Source: a virus (Duplodnaviria; Caudoviricetes). From it: a stretch of DNA of 64,000 bases. A model generated the notes under the pieces. It worked only from the letters and a program-made list of their open reading frames with translations, was not told where the DNA came from and searched no databases. This document shows, piece after piece, positions 1-12,340 of this stretch. Both the position numbers and the translations under genes were made by a program. Numbering within the stretch: position 1 is the first letter of the stretch; each line of letters begins with the position of its first letter. Where the stretch lies: IMG/VR virus record IMGVR_UViG_2724679183_000002, positions 1 to 64,000 of that record. One strand, given 5' to 3'.

Positions 1-276
1 TTGTTTGAAAGTGAGTCTGAGCTCAGACGTATCAGAATTACGCTTGTTTGGATTGCGGTATTTTTACTGTTTGGGGCATGCAGCAATCACGAGACAGTTG
101 TGACGACCGATGACAGCGGTTCATCAGATGCCGGGCCGCAGACAGAAGGCGCGGTGCCGCTTGAAAATAATCACTTCGGCGTGGTTCAGGACGGCTATTT
201 GAAAATCTACCGGTACGAGGAAAAAAACAATAAAATTGAGCTGAAAAAAGAATCGTCACTGGATGAGCTTGAATAA
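1..276 (+). CDS. ymzC: YmzC-like small lipoprotein
   Basis: Resembles B. subtilis YmzC (MFESE.ELRRIR..LVWIAVFLLFGAC lipobox); correct position upstream of ymzA-nrdI. Confidence 0.8.
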   Translation: MFESESELRRIRITLVWIAVFLLFGACSNHETVVTTDDSGSSDAGPQTEGAVPLENNHFGVVQDGYLKIYRYEEKNNKIELKKESSLDELE

Positions 277-358
277 ATTTCACAAGCATTCGAATTTACA
301 AAGCGGGCCTCACCAGCTAAACTAGGTACTGACATTGATCATGCAGAGGGTGAGAGTA

Positions 359-571
359 TTGAAACACAAGGTGATAATCAACCATTGGGAAGAAACCTGT
401 GAAGATGATTCCTGCTATGAATATGGAACCAGCATTATCGTAGACGGCAAAGAATTAATCAGAGAAGCTTCGATTACGAGCGCTCTTAAAGCCGTACTGA
501 AAGAAATCGGTGCTGACGTGGAGATAGAAGAAACCGTTGAAAGCGAAAAATGCGATTCTTACAAAAAATAA
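359..571 (+). CDS. ymzA: YmzA-like hypothetical protein
   Basis: KHKVIINHWEE.CEDDSCYEYGTSII matches YmzA; TTG start at 359 after GAGGGTG. Confidence 0.75.
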   Translation: MKHKVIINHWEETCEDDSCYEYGTSIIVDGKELIREASITSALKAVLKEIGADVEIEETVESEKCDSYKK

Positions 572-746
572 GAAAAAAAGTCTAGACTACTAAGCAGTTT
601 TTTTTCATGTTATGATAGACATCGGCTTAAAAAATGACACCCCGAGTAGGATGAGAGATGATTCTCGTTCTGCTCTCTTTTTTGGGCGCTAAACGGGCCC
701 GAGCCGCAGTCCGTTCTTTCAAAAATATGAACTTTTTATAAATGTA

Positions 747-795
747 TCTCAATATGTTGTGTTTTTCTGATAGGTTAGTATACTATATATAGTGT
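747..795 (+). promoter_or_regulatory. Tandem NrdR boxes
   Basis: TCTCAATATGTTGTGT (747-762) and ATACTATATATAGTGT (780-795) fit acaCwAtATaTwGtgt, 33 bp apart, upstream of nrdI. Confidence 0.8.
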
Positions 796-819
796 TAAGA
801 GATTCATTATTTTTGATAG

Positions 820-3286
<2,467 letters not shown>

Positions 3287-3303
3287 TTAAAGGAGAGTTT
3301 ACA

Positions 3304-4293
3304 GTGACAAAAATTTATGACGCAGCAAACTGGTCAAAGCATGAAGATGATTTCACCCAAATGTTTTACAACCAAAATGTGAAGCAGTTCTGGCTTCCGG
3401 AAGAGATCGCATTAAACGGCGATCTCCTCACTTGGAAATACTTAGGGAAAAATGAGCAGGATACGTACATGAAGGTGCTTGCCGGCCTGACGCTGCTTGA
3501 TACAGAGCAGGGAAACACGGGCATGCCGATTGTGGCCGAACATGTAGAAGGCCACCAGCGCAAAGCCGTGCTTAATTTTATGGCGATGATGGAAAACGCG
3601 GTGCATGCAAAGTCATACTCGAATATCTTTATGACGCTGGCGCCGACTGAAACGATAAACGAAGTATTCGAATGGGTAAAGCAAAACAAATTTTTGCAGA
3701 AAAAAGCCCAAACCGTTGTCGGGCTTTACCGCGCCATTCAAAAAGATGACGAGATTTCTTTGTTTAAAGCCATGGTTGCTTCCGTTTATTTAGAAAGTTT
3801 CCTTTTCTACAGCGGTTTTTATTATCCGTTATATTTCTACGGCCAAGGAAAACTGATGCAAAGCGGTGAAATTATCAACCTTATCTTGCGTGATGAAGCG
3901 ATTCACGGCGTATACGTCGGACTGCTTGCCCAAGAAATATACAACAAACAAACAGAAGCGAAAAAAGCGGAGCTTCGCGAATTTTCGATTGAGCTTTTAG
4001 AGGAGCTTTACCACAATGAGCTTGAGTATACCGAGGATCTGTACGACCAAGTCGGGCTGTCTCATGACGTAAAGAAATTTATCCGCTATAACGCCAATAA
4101 AGCGCTGATGAACTTAGGGTTTGAACCTCACTTTGAAGAGGAAGACATTAATCCGATCGTATTAAACGGATTAAATACAAAAACAAAATCGCACGACTTC
4201 TTCTCCATGAAGGGGAACGGCTACAAAAAAGCTACGGTAGAACCGATTAAAGACGACGATTTTTATTTTGATCAAGACGAAGAGCAGATATAA
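3304..4293 (+). CDS. nrdF: Ribonucleotide reductase class Ib beta subunit
   Basis: [37 protein letters not shown] start after AAGGAG. Confidence 0.98.
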   Translation: MTKIYDAANWSKHEDDFTQMFYNQNVKQFWLPEEIALNGDLLTWKYLGKNEQDTYMKVLAGLTLLDTEQGNTGMPIVAEHVEGHQRKAVLNFMAMMENAVHAKSYSNIFMTLAPTETINEVFEWVKQNKFLQKKAQTVVGLYRAIQKDDEISLFKAMVASVYLESFLFYSGFYYPLYFYGQGKLMQSGEIINLILRDEAIHGVYVGLLAQEIYNKQTEAKKAELREFSIELLEELYHNELEYTEDLYDQVGLSHDVKKFIRYNANKALMNLGFEPHFEEEDINPIVLNGLNTKTKSHDFFSMKGNGYKKATVEPIKDDDFYFDQDEEQI

Positions 4294-4339
4294 TATCTGC
4301 TCTTTTCGGCTTGACGGAGACTGAAAAGGAGGAACAGAC

Positions 4340-4960
4340 ATGGGAAAAATGGATGAAATCATCTTGGTTGCCCCGAGGGAAGACATATTTCAAAAAGAAA
4401 CGTTGACATTCCAGGGAGTGAACAGTGAAGACGAACGTATTGTCAACATCATGTCTCATATTGAGGCGCATTATCATGAAATGAGAAGAGGCGACGCGGA
4501 AGAGGACCCGCGTTTCAAGCAGCCGATTCCGTATGTCGTCATCCGCCGCGATGATGAAGTATTCGTGTATGAACGGCTGGCGGGAGGAGGGGAAGCGCGC
4601 CTCCACAATAAATTATCCCTCGGCTTCGGCGGCCACATGAATCAAATTGCAGGCGCCGCTTCATTTTCCGAAGTGCTGAAGCTCAACACGGACCGCGAGC
4701 TTGCAGAAGAGCTGCACATTAATGAGGACGATAAACAAAACATCATCACACTCGGTTTAATCAATGATGACGAAAACAGTGTGGGAAAGGTGCATATCGG
4801 TATCCTTTCGGCGCTTCAATTAGCATCAGGAGCGCACGTAGAGGTGAAAGAAAAAGACCAAATTGCAGGCCGCTGGATGAACATTTCTGATTTAAAAGAG
4901 GAAGACGTGTATCAGCGTCTTGAAACATGGTCTCAGTTTGTCGCTGATATTCTGAAATAG
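4340..4960 (+). CDS. ymaB: YmaB Nudix-like hydrolase
   Basis: KQPIPY, LSLGFGGH, RELAEEL Nudix-type motif; last gene of nrdIEF operon. Confidence 0.88.
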   Translation: MGKMDEIILVAPREDIFQKETLTFQGVNSEDERIVNIMSHIEAHYHEMRRGDAEEDPRFKQPIPYVVIRRDDEVFVYERLAGGGEARLHNKLSLGFGGHMNQIAGAASFSEVLKLNTDRELAEELHINEDDKQNIITLGLINDDENSVGKVHIGILSALQLASGAHVEVKEKDQIAGRWMNISDLKEEDVYQRLETWSQFVADILK

Positions 4961-4963
4961 CTG

Positions 4964-5002
4964 AAAAACCCTATTCGCCCTAAGGGGGAGAACAGGGTTT
5001 TT
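4964..5002. terminator. Bidirectional intrinsic terminator between ymaB and cwlC
   Basis: AAAAACCCT...AGGGTTTTTT hairpin flanked by A/T runs between convergent genes. Confidence 0.8.
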
Positions 5003-5005
5003 TGA

Positions 5006-5764
5006 TTAATCTTGAATGATAACCGCGTCAAATCCGGCTTTTTTGGCCCTTGCGACAAGCGCGTCTGCATTGCCTTTAGAAGAAAATGCGCCAATTTGAA
5101 CTTTAAATAGGCCGTCTTTTTCCAGAACGATTGCATCAAATCCCTTTGACTTGGCATTGGCAGAAAGCGCATCAGCATTCGCCTTCACTTTGAAAGCGCC
5201 GATTTGGACTTTATATAAGCTAGCCTTTTTTTTTAGGTCGAAAGCCTGCTCCAAGCCATTAGCATGTCCTCTCGCCAAGATTTCAATAAAGCTTGACGTC
5301 TTCAGCTTGTTCGCGTCTGCCGCCGTGTCGACAAAACCATTTTCCGTAAGCAGCGCAGGCATATTCGATTCTCTTAACACATGAAAGTTGGCTGCCTTCT
5401 TGCCGCGGTCAGTAAAGCCTGACGCTTTAATAATTTGTGAATGAAGAGCTGACTGGTAAGTGGAGGTCGGTGCTCCGACACCCGGGTAAATATAGCTCTC
5501 AAACCCGGTTCCGCCCCCTGAATTAATATGAATGGATAAAAAATAATCTGCGCCCCAGCTATTGGCGGCATCAGTTCTTTCAGTTAAACTGACCGTCTTA
5601 TCGCTTGTCCTGCTCATCGAAACAGAAACCCCTTCATACTCATTTGTCAAAATCGTGCGTAATGCCAGCGCGATCTCCAAAGTGATTGCTTTTTCCTGAA
5701 GGCCATTCCCGGCTGCACCTGGATCAGAGCCGCCATGTCCGGGGTCTATAAAAATTTTAACCAT
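5006..5764 (-). CDS. cwlC: Sporulation N-acetylmuramoyl-L-alanine amidase CwlC (Amidase_3 + 2 SPOR repeats)
   Basis: IFIDPGHGG, LSIHIN, LTENGF; two KVQIGAF repeats; divergent from spoVK. Confidence 0.95.
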   Translation of the reverse strand: MVKIFIDPGHGGSDPGAAGNGLQEKAITLEIALALRTILTNEYEGVSVSMSRTSDKTVSLTERTDAANSWGADYFLSIHINSGGGTGFESYIYPGVGAPTSTYQSALHSQIIKASGFTDRGKKAANFHVLRESNMPALLTENGFVDTAADANKLKTSSFIEILARGHANGLEQAFDLKKKASLYKVQIGAFKVKANADALSANAKSKGFDAIVLEKDGLFKVQIGAFSSKGNADALVARAKKAGFDAVIIQD

Positions 5765-6068
5765 TCTTCATCACCTCATTACAGCATATGATGGAATACT
5801 AAAGGTGCTTGTACGGCTGTCATTGCTGAAAAAAATAAGAAAAACGCCCTCCATTTCCCGGAAAATAAAATTAAATGGTTTGTCCTCCCGTTTATGCTGA
5901 ATACAATAAGAAATGAAAAATATTTCTCGGGAAAGCGCAGAATTCAACATTATTCCCGAAGAGAACGGAAAATGTGACAGGCGCAAATGAAAAAAAGGCC
6001 TTCATGATAGGCGGATGTCACAAACGCCTTTATCATGAATAAGATAAAGAGAGAACAGAGAGGTGAGC

Positions 6069-6728
6069 ATGTTGGAGCGCGCTGTAACCTATAAAAATAA
6101 CGGACAAATTAACATTATTCTAAACGGTCAAAAGCAAGTGCTGACAAATGCTGAAGCGGAGGCGGAATATCAGGCTGCTCTGCAAAAAAACGAAGCCAAA
6201 CACAGCATTTTAAAAGAAATTGAAAAGGAAATGAACACATTAGTCGGAATGGAAGAAATGAAACGCAACATTAAAGAAATCTACGCGTGGATTTTCGTCA
6301 ATCAAAAACGGGCCGAACAAGGTTTGAAAGTCGGAAAACAAGCCCTCCATATGATGTTCAAAGGAAACCCGGGCACCGGCAAAACAACCGTCGCCAGACT
6401 GATCGGCAAGCTTTTTTTTGAAATGAACGTTCTCTCCAAAGGTCATTTAATTGAAGCCGAACGGGCCGATCTCGTCGGGGAATACATCGGGCATACGGCG
6501 CAAAAAACGAGAGATTTAATTAAAAAGTCGCTCGGCGGCATCTTGTTTATTGACGAAGCCTACTCGCTTGCAAGAGGCGGGGAAAAGGATTTTGGAAAAG
6601 AAGCGATTGACACCCTTGTTAAGAACAAGGTTTTAATTTTTATGTTACTTCTAAAATCGATATCCCCATGCCTGAAAGTTCATATAGGTACAGTTGGGAG
6701 AAATACTCAGATAAACTTGAGACAATAA
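6069..6728 (+). pseudogene. spoVK: 5' part of spoVK (AAA+ ATPase) interrupted by prophage; reads on 34 codons into phage DNA
   Basis: Matches SpoVK up to KEAIDTLVK (GNPGTGKT Walker A, LFIDEAY Walker B), then diverges (NKVLIF instead of HMED) as GC content drops. Confidence 0.93.
6614..6630. other. Prophage left attachment junction (att site in spoVK)
   Basis: CCTTGTT-AAG-AACAAGG inverted repeat centred on the last spoVK-matching codon. Confidence 0.75.
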
Positions 6729-7024
6729 AAAAGCTTCATTTTGATGACCTTAAAACGGTTGGGGAAATTTCAAAAGAACTCGATATCCCTGATTGGACTA
6801 TTTTAGATTTACTTAAAGCAAATAAAGTGGACAAGCTTCCTTATCCTGAATTGTCAAAGAGGAGACGAGCAAGGGACTTTGATCTTTTGTATGATTTACA
6901 CTTTAATAAAAAAATGAGTTTAAAAGAAATTGGTCGGAAATATGGATACTCTCCACCTTATATTCGTCAGGTTTTTAAGGATCAAGGAATTCAACATCTG
7001 GCATTCAAAAACCAGAATAAATAA
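6668..7024 (+). CDS. Small double helix-turn-helix protein at the att junction; candidate recombination directionality factor
   Basis: Two similar HTH units (LHFDDLKTVGEISKELDI / LHFNKKMSLKEIGRKYGYS); terminator downstream; weak RBS. Confidence 0.6.
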   Translation: MPESSYRYSWEKYSDKLETIKKLHFDDLKTVGEISKELDIPDWTILDLLKANKVDKLPYPELSKRRRARDFDLLYDLHFNKKMSLKEIGRKYGYSPPYIRQVFKDQGIQHLAFKNQNK

Positions 7025-7142
7025 ACTTATGAAGTCTAAATAAAATCCTCATTTTAACGAAACATTTTTAGTCCAACTTGCTTGTTGTTCAAATTTAAAG
7101 TATCCTGATTGATGTATCATAGGGGTTTAACAGCCACTATAG

Positions 7143-7176
7143 ACCACAGAGTCCCTCACATGCTCTGTGGTTTTTT
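7143..7176 (+). terminator. Intrinsic terminator
   Basis: ACCACAGAG/CTCTGTGGT stem followed by T run. Confidence 0.7.
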
Positions 7177-7231
7177 GTTTAGATTTGAATATACCCAAAT
7201 AAAAAAGAAGCCTCAGAGGGCTTCCTAATGA

Positions 7232-8185
7232 TTAATTCTTCTCACATGCAAAGTTGTCATGGTCACGATCCATTCTAGATGAATATGCAGGGTGAGTACT
7301 TGGCACACCGTGTGGATATTTCTTTCTCAACTCTGTGCAGTTTGCAAAGTATTCTGTTCCTCCAGTAGAAGGGGAGGCTTGTGTTGAATTAGAAGAACTG
7401 CTTCCTGTTGAACTGTTTGAGCTTGATTTGTGCGTCTCTGATTGGTGTGTTGTAACTGATTTTTGAGCTGGTTTAGATACACTTACTGATTTCTTCGGTT
7501 TAGTTACGCAACCATTAAAACCTTTGTCAGTCGCATAGCCATTCTTCTTCCAAATTTTCAAGTCCTTATCTTTAGCAACTTGCTCATCTTTCTTATACGT
7601 GTCTAAATACTTCGTGTTTGGCTCATATGCATAAGCTACTCGTGCTAATCCTTCTTTAAGTAGTGTTTCTTGAACAGATTTGCCATCAACATAAACGTAA
7701 GCCAACATTCTTCCGTACTTATCTGTACGATCACCTTTATCAAATTCCAACTGAAGCTTACCACTGTTTACTAACTGTTTGTTTCGTGCTGAAGCATCTT
7801 CTCCATATGGTTGGACACAAGAATTTGGTTTTTTAGTTTCAGGAGTATCAACGAGCAAATAGCGGACAGTTTTAACTTCGCCTTTATAATTAACTTTAAT
7901 CGTGTCCCCATCAACCGTTCTGTTTAGTGTTACATCGACCAACTTTTTCTTATTGTCAGATGCCTTTTTATCCGACGAATCCTTCTTTGAAGCATTTTCG
8001 GCTTTTTCATCCTTGTCATTAACACTTTTTGATTGACTCTCTGTCTCTTTTGCATCCTTTTCTTCTTGCTGAGTTGTTTTGTTACTGTCTGAGTCTGTTT
8101 TATCTGTAGAAGCAGAATCAGACCCACACGCAGCTAAGGAAAAGCTTAAAGATAATGCGCCAATACCTAACAACCATTTCTTCAA
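7232..8185 (-). CDS. yokF: YokF/YncB-like thermonuclease (SNase) lipoprotein with Excalibur Ca-binding domain
   Basis: Lipobox LAAC; VDGDTI, VRYLLVDTPE, DKYGRMLAYVY; C-terminal DRDHDNFACE. Confidence 0.88.
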   Translation of the reverse strand: MKKWLLGIGALSLSFSLAACGSDSASTDKTDSDSNKTTQQEEKDAKETESQSKSVNDKDEKAENASKKDSSDKKASDNKKKLVDVTLNRTVDGDTIKVNYKGEVKTVRYLLVDTPETKKPNSCVQPYGEDASARNKQLVNSGKLQLEFDKGDRTDKYGRMLAYVYVDGKSVQETLLKEGLARVAYAYEPNTKYLDTYKKDEQVAKDKDLKIWKKNGYATDKGFNGCVTKPKKSVSVSKPAQKSVTTHQSETHKSSSNSSTGSSSSNSTQASPSTGGTEYFANCTELRKKYPHGVPSTHPAYSSRMDRDHDNFACEKN

Positions 8186-8358
8186 TGTAATTCCCCCAAA
8201 TTTATTTGTTCTGTCTCTATATCGGACAAACCTTCCTTATTATAAATATAAAGCCAAAGATTGTAAATTCAATTTTAGATAAACACCTGATTTTGAAGCT
8301 CAAAGAACCTATAACTATGGTAAAATTTAGACGAGAATAGGTGGAAAGGAGACGTTAA

Positions 8359-10164
8359 ATGAAGGTTTTTGAAGCACAGTCATTAATTTCAGCCGCAGAA
8401 AAGCGGGCAAAAGAATACGGTCAGTTAAGGGAACAATTTATCAACCTCAGGAAGGCATTTCAAGGAATGGCTGATTTAGATGACAGTGAGTTTTCAGGTA
8501 AAGGCGCTGACAACATAAAAGCCTTTTTCCAAGATCACGCAGGCGTTACAGACAGTTGGCTTGATATGATAGATATGAAGATTGCTTTTCTTAACAGCAT
8601 TTCAGGAAAAGTATCTGACGCTGGGCTGGCTGATTCATTTGTAGAAGAGTCATTCTTAGAGCACGAACTGATTCATTCACATCATAAGTCGAAGGCAATC
8701 ATGCAGGAACAGCAAAATGAAATCAGGAACATACTAAATGAAATTAGACATATTGTTCCGCTTGATGTTTTCTCAACAGATAGTGTCGATCAGCAGCTTG
8801 ATTCAGCTGACAAAAAGCGGAATGACACCATACATAAACTCGGCAAGCTCGATCATGATTTGGCCAGAGAATACGCAGAAACCGAGGCAAACGAACATTT
8901 CATTCAAGCCGACTTCCAGCAGCTCCAAAACGCCACAGGTAAAGGGAAAAACGCAACGCCACTTCGCTACAATGTCGAGGCGTACCGGGAAAGCGACATT
9001 CATAAGAAAAAAGGCGAAATTACAAGACACTCAGACGCTTATTTGACGATTAAGAAGGAAGAAGCAAAAGAACGTGAAATCAAAGATCTGAAGAAAAAGC
9101 TCGCTGACGGAGTAACTGATCCTGATGAATACTTGGAGATTGCGAAGGAGATTGGATATGAAAACCTTGAACCTTCCCAGCAGCAATATGTTCTCCAGCT
9201 TGAACAAGCAAAACAGATGCAGGAAGCTGGAGAAGTGACTTGGGATATATTAAAGGGGGCAGGCGTCGGTCTTTATGATGTCGGGAAAGACACGGTAACC
9301 AGTTTATGGGACTTCATAACCGATCCGGGAGAAACGCTGTCATCACTGGGGAATGCAGTGATTCACCCAGTTAACACGTATAATGCCATTTCAACAGCTA
9401 TTGAGGAATCGTACCAAAAAGACATGGTAAATGGAGATGCTTACTCTAGATCAAGATGGGTAACCTATGCAATTGGTTCAGTAGCTGTGGCTGTTGTCGG
9501 AACCAAAGGTGCAGGAGCCGTTAATAAAGCAGATGCAACAGGGAAGGTAATTAACAAGGTGGGGCAAGCAGGTAAGAAAATTAAGGATGTTAAAATGCCA
9601 GATTTACTGCCATACAACTCTAAGTATAAGCTTGCTCTAGCTGATAACGTACCTCATAATGTATTTGATAGCCAAAACCTTAAAAATGAACTTTTAACTA
9701 ATGCGAAAAAATTAGATGAAAGCAGAAAGCCATTTACAGGTCAGGAAATAAACCTCCCTTGGTTAAATAAAGAAAAGTACGGTGCCTTTGAGGTTAAGGG
9801 CAAGGTAAAAGCCTCAGGTAAAACTAAAGATGTGAGTCGAAGAGTATATACGTTGAAAGATATTGATGTAAATAGAATTGACGCTGAGAGTGGGAAAACA
9901 AATTTACAACTTATGAAAAAAGGCGATGCCCCATTCGCTAATGATGGTACAAAGATCAACTTACATCATTTAATTCAAGAAGAGCCAGGAACAATGGTGG
10001 AAATACCAGCTTCCGTACATCAAAATAATAAAAAAGTTCTTCATGGATTAAAAAAAGGTGGAGAAAGTTTTAGAAATGACAGGGAACTACGTAATCAGTA
10101 TAAAAGTTTCCAGCGGAGATATTGGAAATGGAGAGCGAGTCAATTTGAGAAAGGAGAGATGTAA
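8359..10164 (+). CDS. LXG polymorphic toxin (T7SS effector) with C-terminal LHH/HNH-type nuclease (YobL/YokI family)
   Basis: N-terminal LXG domain ([13 protein letters not shown]), pre-toxin region, [15 protein letters not shown]...H...LH and YWKWR motifs. Confidence 0.9.
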   Translation: MKVFEAQSLISAAEKRAKEYGQLREQFINLRKAFQGMADLDDSEFSGKGADNIKAFFQDHAGVTDSWLDMIDMKIAFLNSISGKVSDAGLADSFVEESFLEHELIHSHHKSKAIMQEQQNEIRNILNEIRHIVPLDVFSTDSVDQQLDSADKKRNDTIHKLGKLDHDLAREYAETEANEHFIQADFQQLQNATGKGKNATPLRYNVEAYRESDIHKKKGEITRHSDAYLTIKKEEAKEREIKDLKKKLADGVTDPDEYLEIAKEIGYENLEPSQQQYVLQLEQAKQMQEAGEVTWDILKGAGVGLYDVGKDTVTSLWDFITDPGETLSSLGNAVIHPVNTYNAISTAIEESYQKDMVNGDAYSRSRWVTYAIGSVAVAVVGTKGAGAVNKADATGKVINKVGQAGKKIKDVKMPDLLPYNSKYKLALADNVPHNVFDSQNLKNELLTNAKKLDESRKPFTGQEINLPWLNKEKYGAFEVKGKVKASGKTKDVSRRVYTLKDIDVNRIDAESGKTNLQLMKKGDAPFANDGTKINLHHLIQEEPGTMVEIPASVHQNNKKVLHGLKKGGESFRNDRELRNQYKSFQRRYWKWRASQFEKGEM

Positions 10165-10166
10165 CT

Positions 10167-10625
10167 ATGACTTATCGCGAAATTGAAGAATTTATAAAGG
10201 AAAACGCTGAAGATGATGATTTTACAGGCGGAATAAACCAAACAAAAATCAAAGAGATACAAGAAAGTTTAAATGTACAACTTCCCGAGAGCTATAAATG
10301 GTTTTTAAATAAATATGGTTCTGGTGGAATTTACGGAGTAAATATACTTGGCCATGGCAAAGTTTCTGCAAGAGTTGTCACGGTTACTGAGGATTATAGA
10401 ACCCATTATGATTTAAGTGAGGGAATTGTGGTTATAGAGCATGTAGATGAATTCTCTTATTGCCTTGATACAAACAAGATGGAAAACGGAGAATGCCCGG
10501 TAATTGTTTGGGCAAATGAAGCCGGTTATGGAGACACGGTTGCAGATAACTTTCTGCAATTTTTCATGGAAGAGCTTGAAGAAGCAAAAGAAAACTGGGA
10601 AGAAGATGAAGACTGGGACGATTAA
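10167..10625 (+). CDS. SMI1/KNR4 (SUKH) immunity protein, YobK-like
   Basis: LPESYKWFLNKYGSG, YCLDTNKM..GECPV, acidic EDEDWDD tail; directly downstream of toxin. Confidence 0.9.
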   Translation: MTYREIEEFIKENAEDDDFTGGINQTKIKEIQESLNVQLPESYKWFLNKYGSGGIYGVNILGHGKVSARVVTVTEDYRTHYDLSEGIVVIEHVDEFSYCLDTNKMENGECPVIVWANEAGYGDTVADNFLQFFMEELEEAKENWEEDEDWDD

Positions 10626-10759
10626 GCAAAAGTATTGCACTTGTGTAATGGATGAATATGAGGTCGCAGAGTTAACATCTATAATATAATGGTTTTATCC
10701 ATCAAACAAAAGTTTTGCAAATTATTTCAATGGTTTCATTTAATGTGTTATAATCAAAC

Positions 10760-10945
10760 TGTAAAATACAGACTGGTTACAGTGTATTTCTTTAATAAGA
10801 AATGCATAAAATAAAAAGACCAGGGTGCTACCAACACCCCGGCTCTGTACAAAAAGCTGCCCATCAAAGGGCTTGCTCGATGTGTTCTCTACGTAGACCT
10901 AACCCTTCAGGTGTCTAAGCTCAAGGGAGGGTCTATTTTTTATTT
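10760..10945 (+). ncRNA. SR5/SR4-like antisense antitoxin RNA (ends approximate)
   Basis: Extended -10 TGTTATAAT 10746-10754; ends in TAGACC..CCCTT/AAGGG..GGTCTA hairpin plus T run; convergent overlap with toxin 3' end. Confidence 0.65.
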
Positions 10946-11016
10946 ATATACGTCAACAGGGCAATTATAAATGACCCGAATGCAAGCATTAACATTAATG
11001 CTTGAAATGTTGACAT
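10933..11016 (-). CDS. bsrE: Type I toxin BsrE-like peptide MSTFQALMLMLAFGSFIIALLTYINKK (27 aa; missing from ORF track)
   Basis: Hand translation; RBS AAAGGGGGTG; single TM helix plus basic tail; minus-strand terminator ~10812-10846. Confidence 0.85.
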   Translation of the reverse strand: MSTFQALMLMLAFGSFIIALLTYINKK

Positions 11017-11525
11017 AAGCATCACCCCCTTTCAATAGGGGATGAGCAAGACTCCCTTGAGTGAGCTAACTTAATGTACAGGAAACATTATACACTAGTT
11101 CCATTTATATGTCGTTGAAAAATCTAATGAAAATTCTCCAAATGCCACAATTATCTCACTCCCTTCTACAGTACATATTTTTTACCACTTCCAATATACG
11201 CTAGGATCTTGCAAACTCCTATATAAAAACATGAAGAATGACTCTTGAATCCACAGTGGTTTTTTTGCATTATTGGATAAAGATTGCAGGTTGGTGAATT
11301 TGAACCTTTATTGATTACAGCACTAGCCATATCAATTCTTTTGAACATACTTTTATGTATTCAGTTGGGAAAGCAAAGATCAATCCACCATACTATTACT
11401 CAATGAAAAGAGAAGATGGGACTTGTCAATCTTTTTAGTGGCTTTCTTAGCTATAACAATAATTTTGTCTCTCGTAGGGTTATTAGCTGGGGTAAGTGGT
11501 TTATAAAGAGTAGGAGGCGGTAAGT

Positions 11526-11627
11526 ATGTCAAAAGGTTTGAAAATAACATTATGGAGCATCTTAGGTGTCTTTGTCTTATTGAGTCTAATAGGTATCATG
11601 GCTTACAATCAGACTCCAAGCATGTGA
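11526..11627 (+). CDS. 33-aa single-TM peptide MSKGLKITLWSILGVFVLLSLIGIMAYNQTPSM
   Basis: Hand translation; AGGAGG RBS upstream; hairpin AGCAGAC/GTCTGCT downstream. Confidence 0.55.
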   Translation: MSKGLKITLWSILGVFVLLSLIGIMAYNQTPSM

Positions 11628-11722
11628 TACAAAAGCAGACCCCGTCCGGTCTGCTCTTATTATTGCTGTCAGCCCAAGTGGTGTATACATAGCTTGCTTA
11701 CGGAATCCCCCCAATATTTATA

Positions 11723-12340
11723 TTAAGCCAGTTCTTTTTGTTTTTTCTCCACGTATCTCATCAAGAAATCCTCCACAGACTTTGACTGAAACACTCTAAT
11801 TCCATCCGTCTTAATTTTGTATTGATGCTCACCGATAATCCAAACAAAGGGGAAGGGAGAGTTTTCTTTTTGAAACTGTAAGCTTTTCCATTCCCCTGAA
11901 TTAAAGTAGGTCTGATACCTAGACATCTTTTCACTCATTGTCTTCTGCGTATAATGTGAACATTGGACTTCAATAAACCATGCAGTCTTTCTCCAAATTG
12001 TACAAGCATCAGGTCTGACATATTCAGTATAGTTCGGCTCCACGTGAAACATTTTTACGCCACCGGCATTTTTCAACTGGATATAAAAATCGGCTATAGC
12101 TAAGAAGTGGTTAACTTTTTGACCATCTTTTTTTATTCTCATTGGCTTAGGGAAGTAGGTGTAGGGTTGATGATTAATATTTGCATCAATATAGCCGCGG
12201 TCCCGTAAACGTTTCAATGTGAAGTTGGCATTTGTTGAAGGGCTTTTAGTATGACTGAAGAACAATTCAGCGATTTGATCTCGATTTAAAGCTCGAAAAT
12301 GAGTCAACGCATCAATGATGTCTTTATCACGCTGTTTCAC
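11723..12340 (-). CDS. Replication-relaxation (Replic_Relax) family protein
   Basis: N-terminal wHTH (RDKDII..L..FR.L..DQIAELFF..LKRL), HFLAIADFY, RPDA, FIEVQ motifs. Confidence 0.8.
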   Translation of the reverse strand: MKQRDKDIIDALTHFRALNRDQIAELFFSHTKSPSTNANFTLKRLRDRGYIDANINHQPYTYFPKPMRIKKDGQKVNHFLAIADFYIQLKNAGGVKMFHVEPNYTEYVRPDACTIWRKTAWFIEVQCSHYTQKTMSEKMSRYQTYFNSGEWKSLQFQKENSPFPFVWIIGEHQYKIKTDGIRVFQSKSVEDFLMRYVEKKQKELA

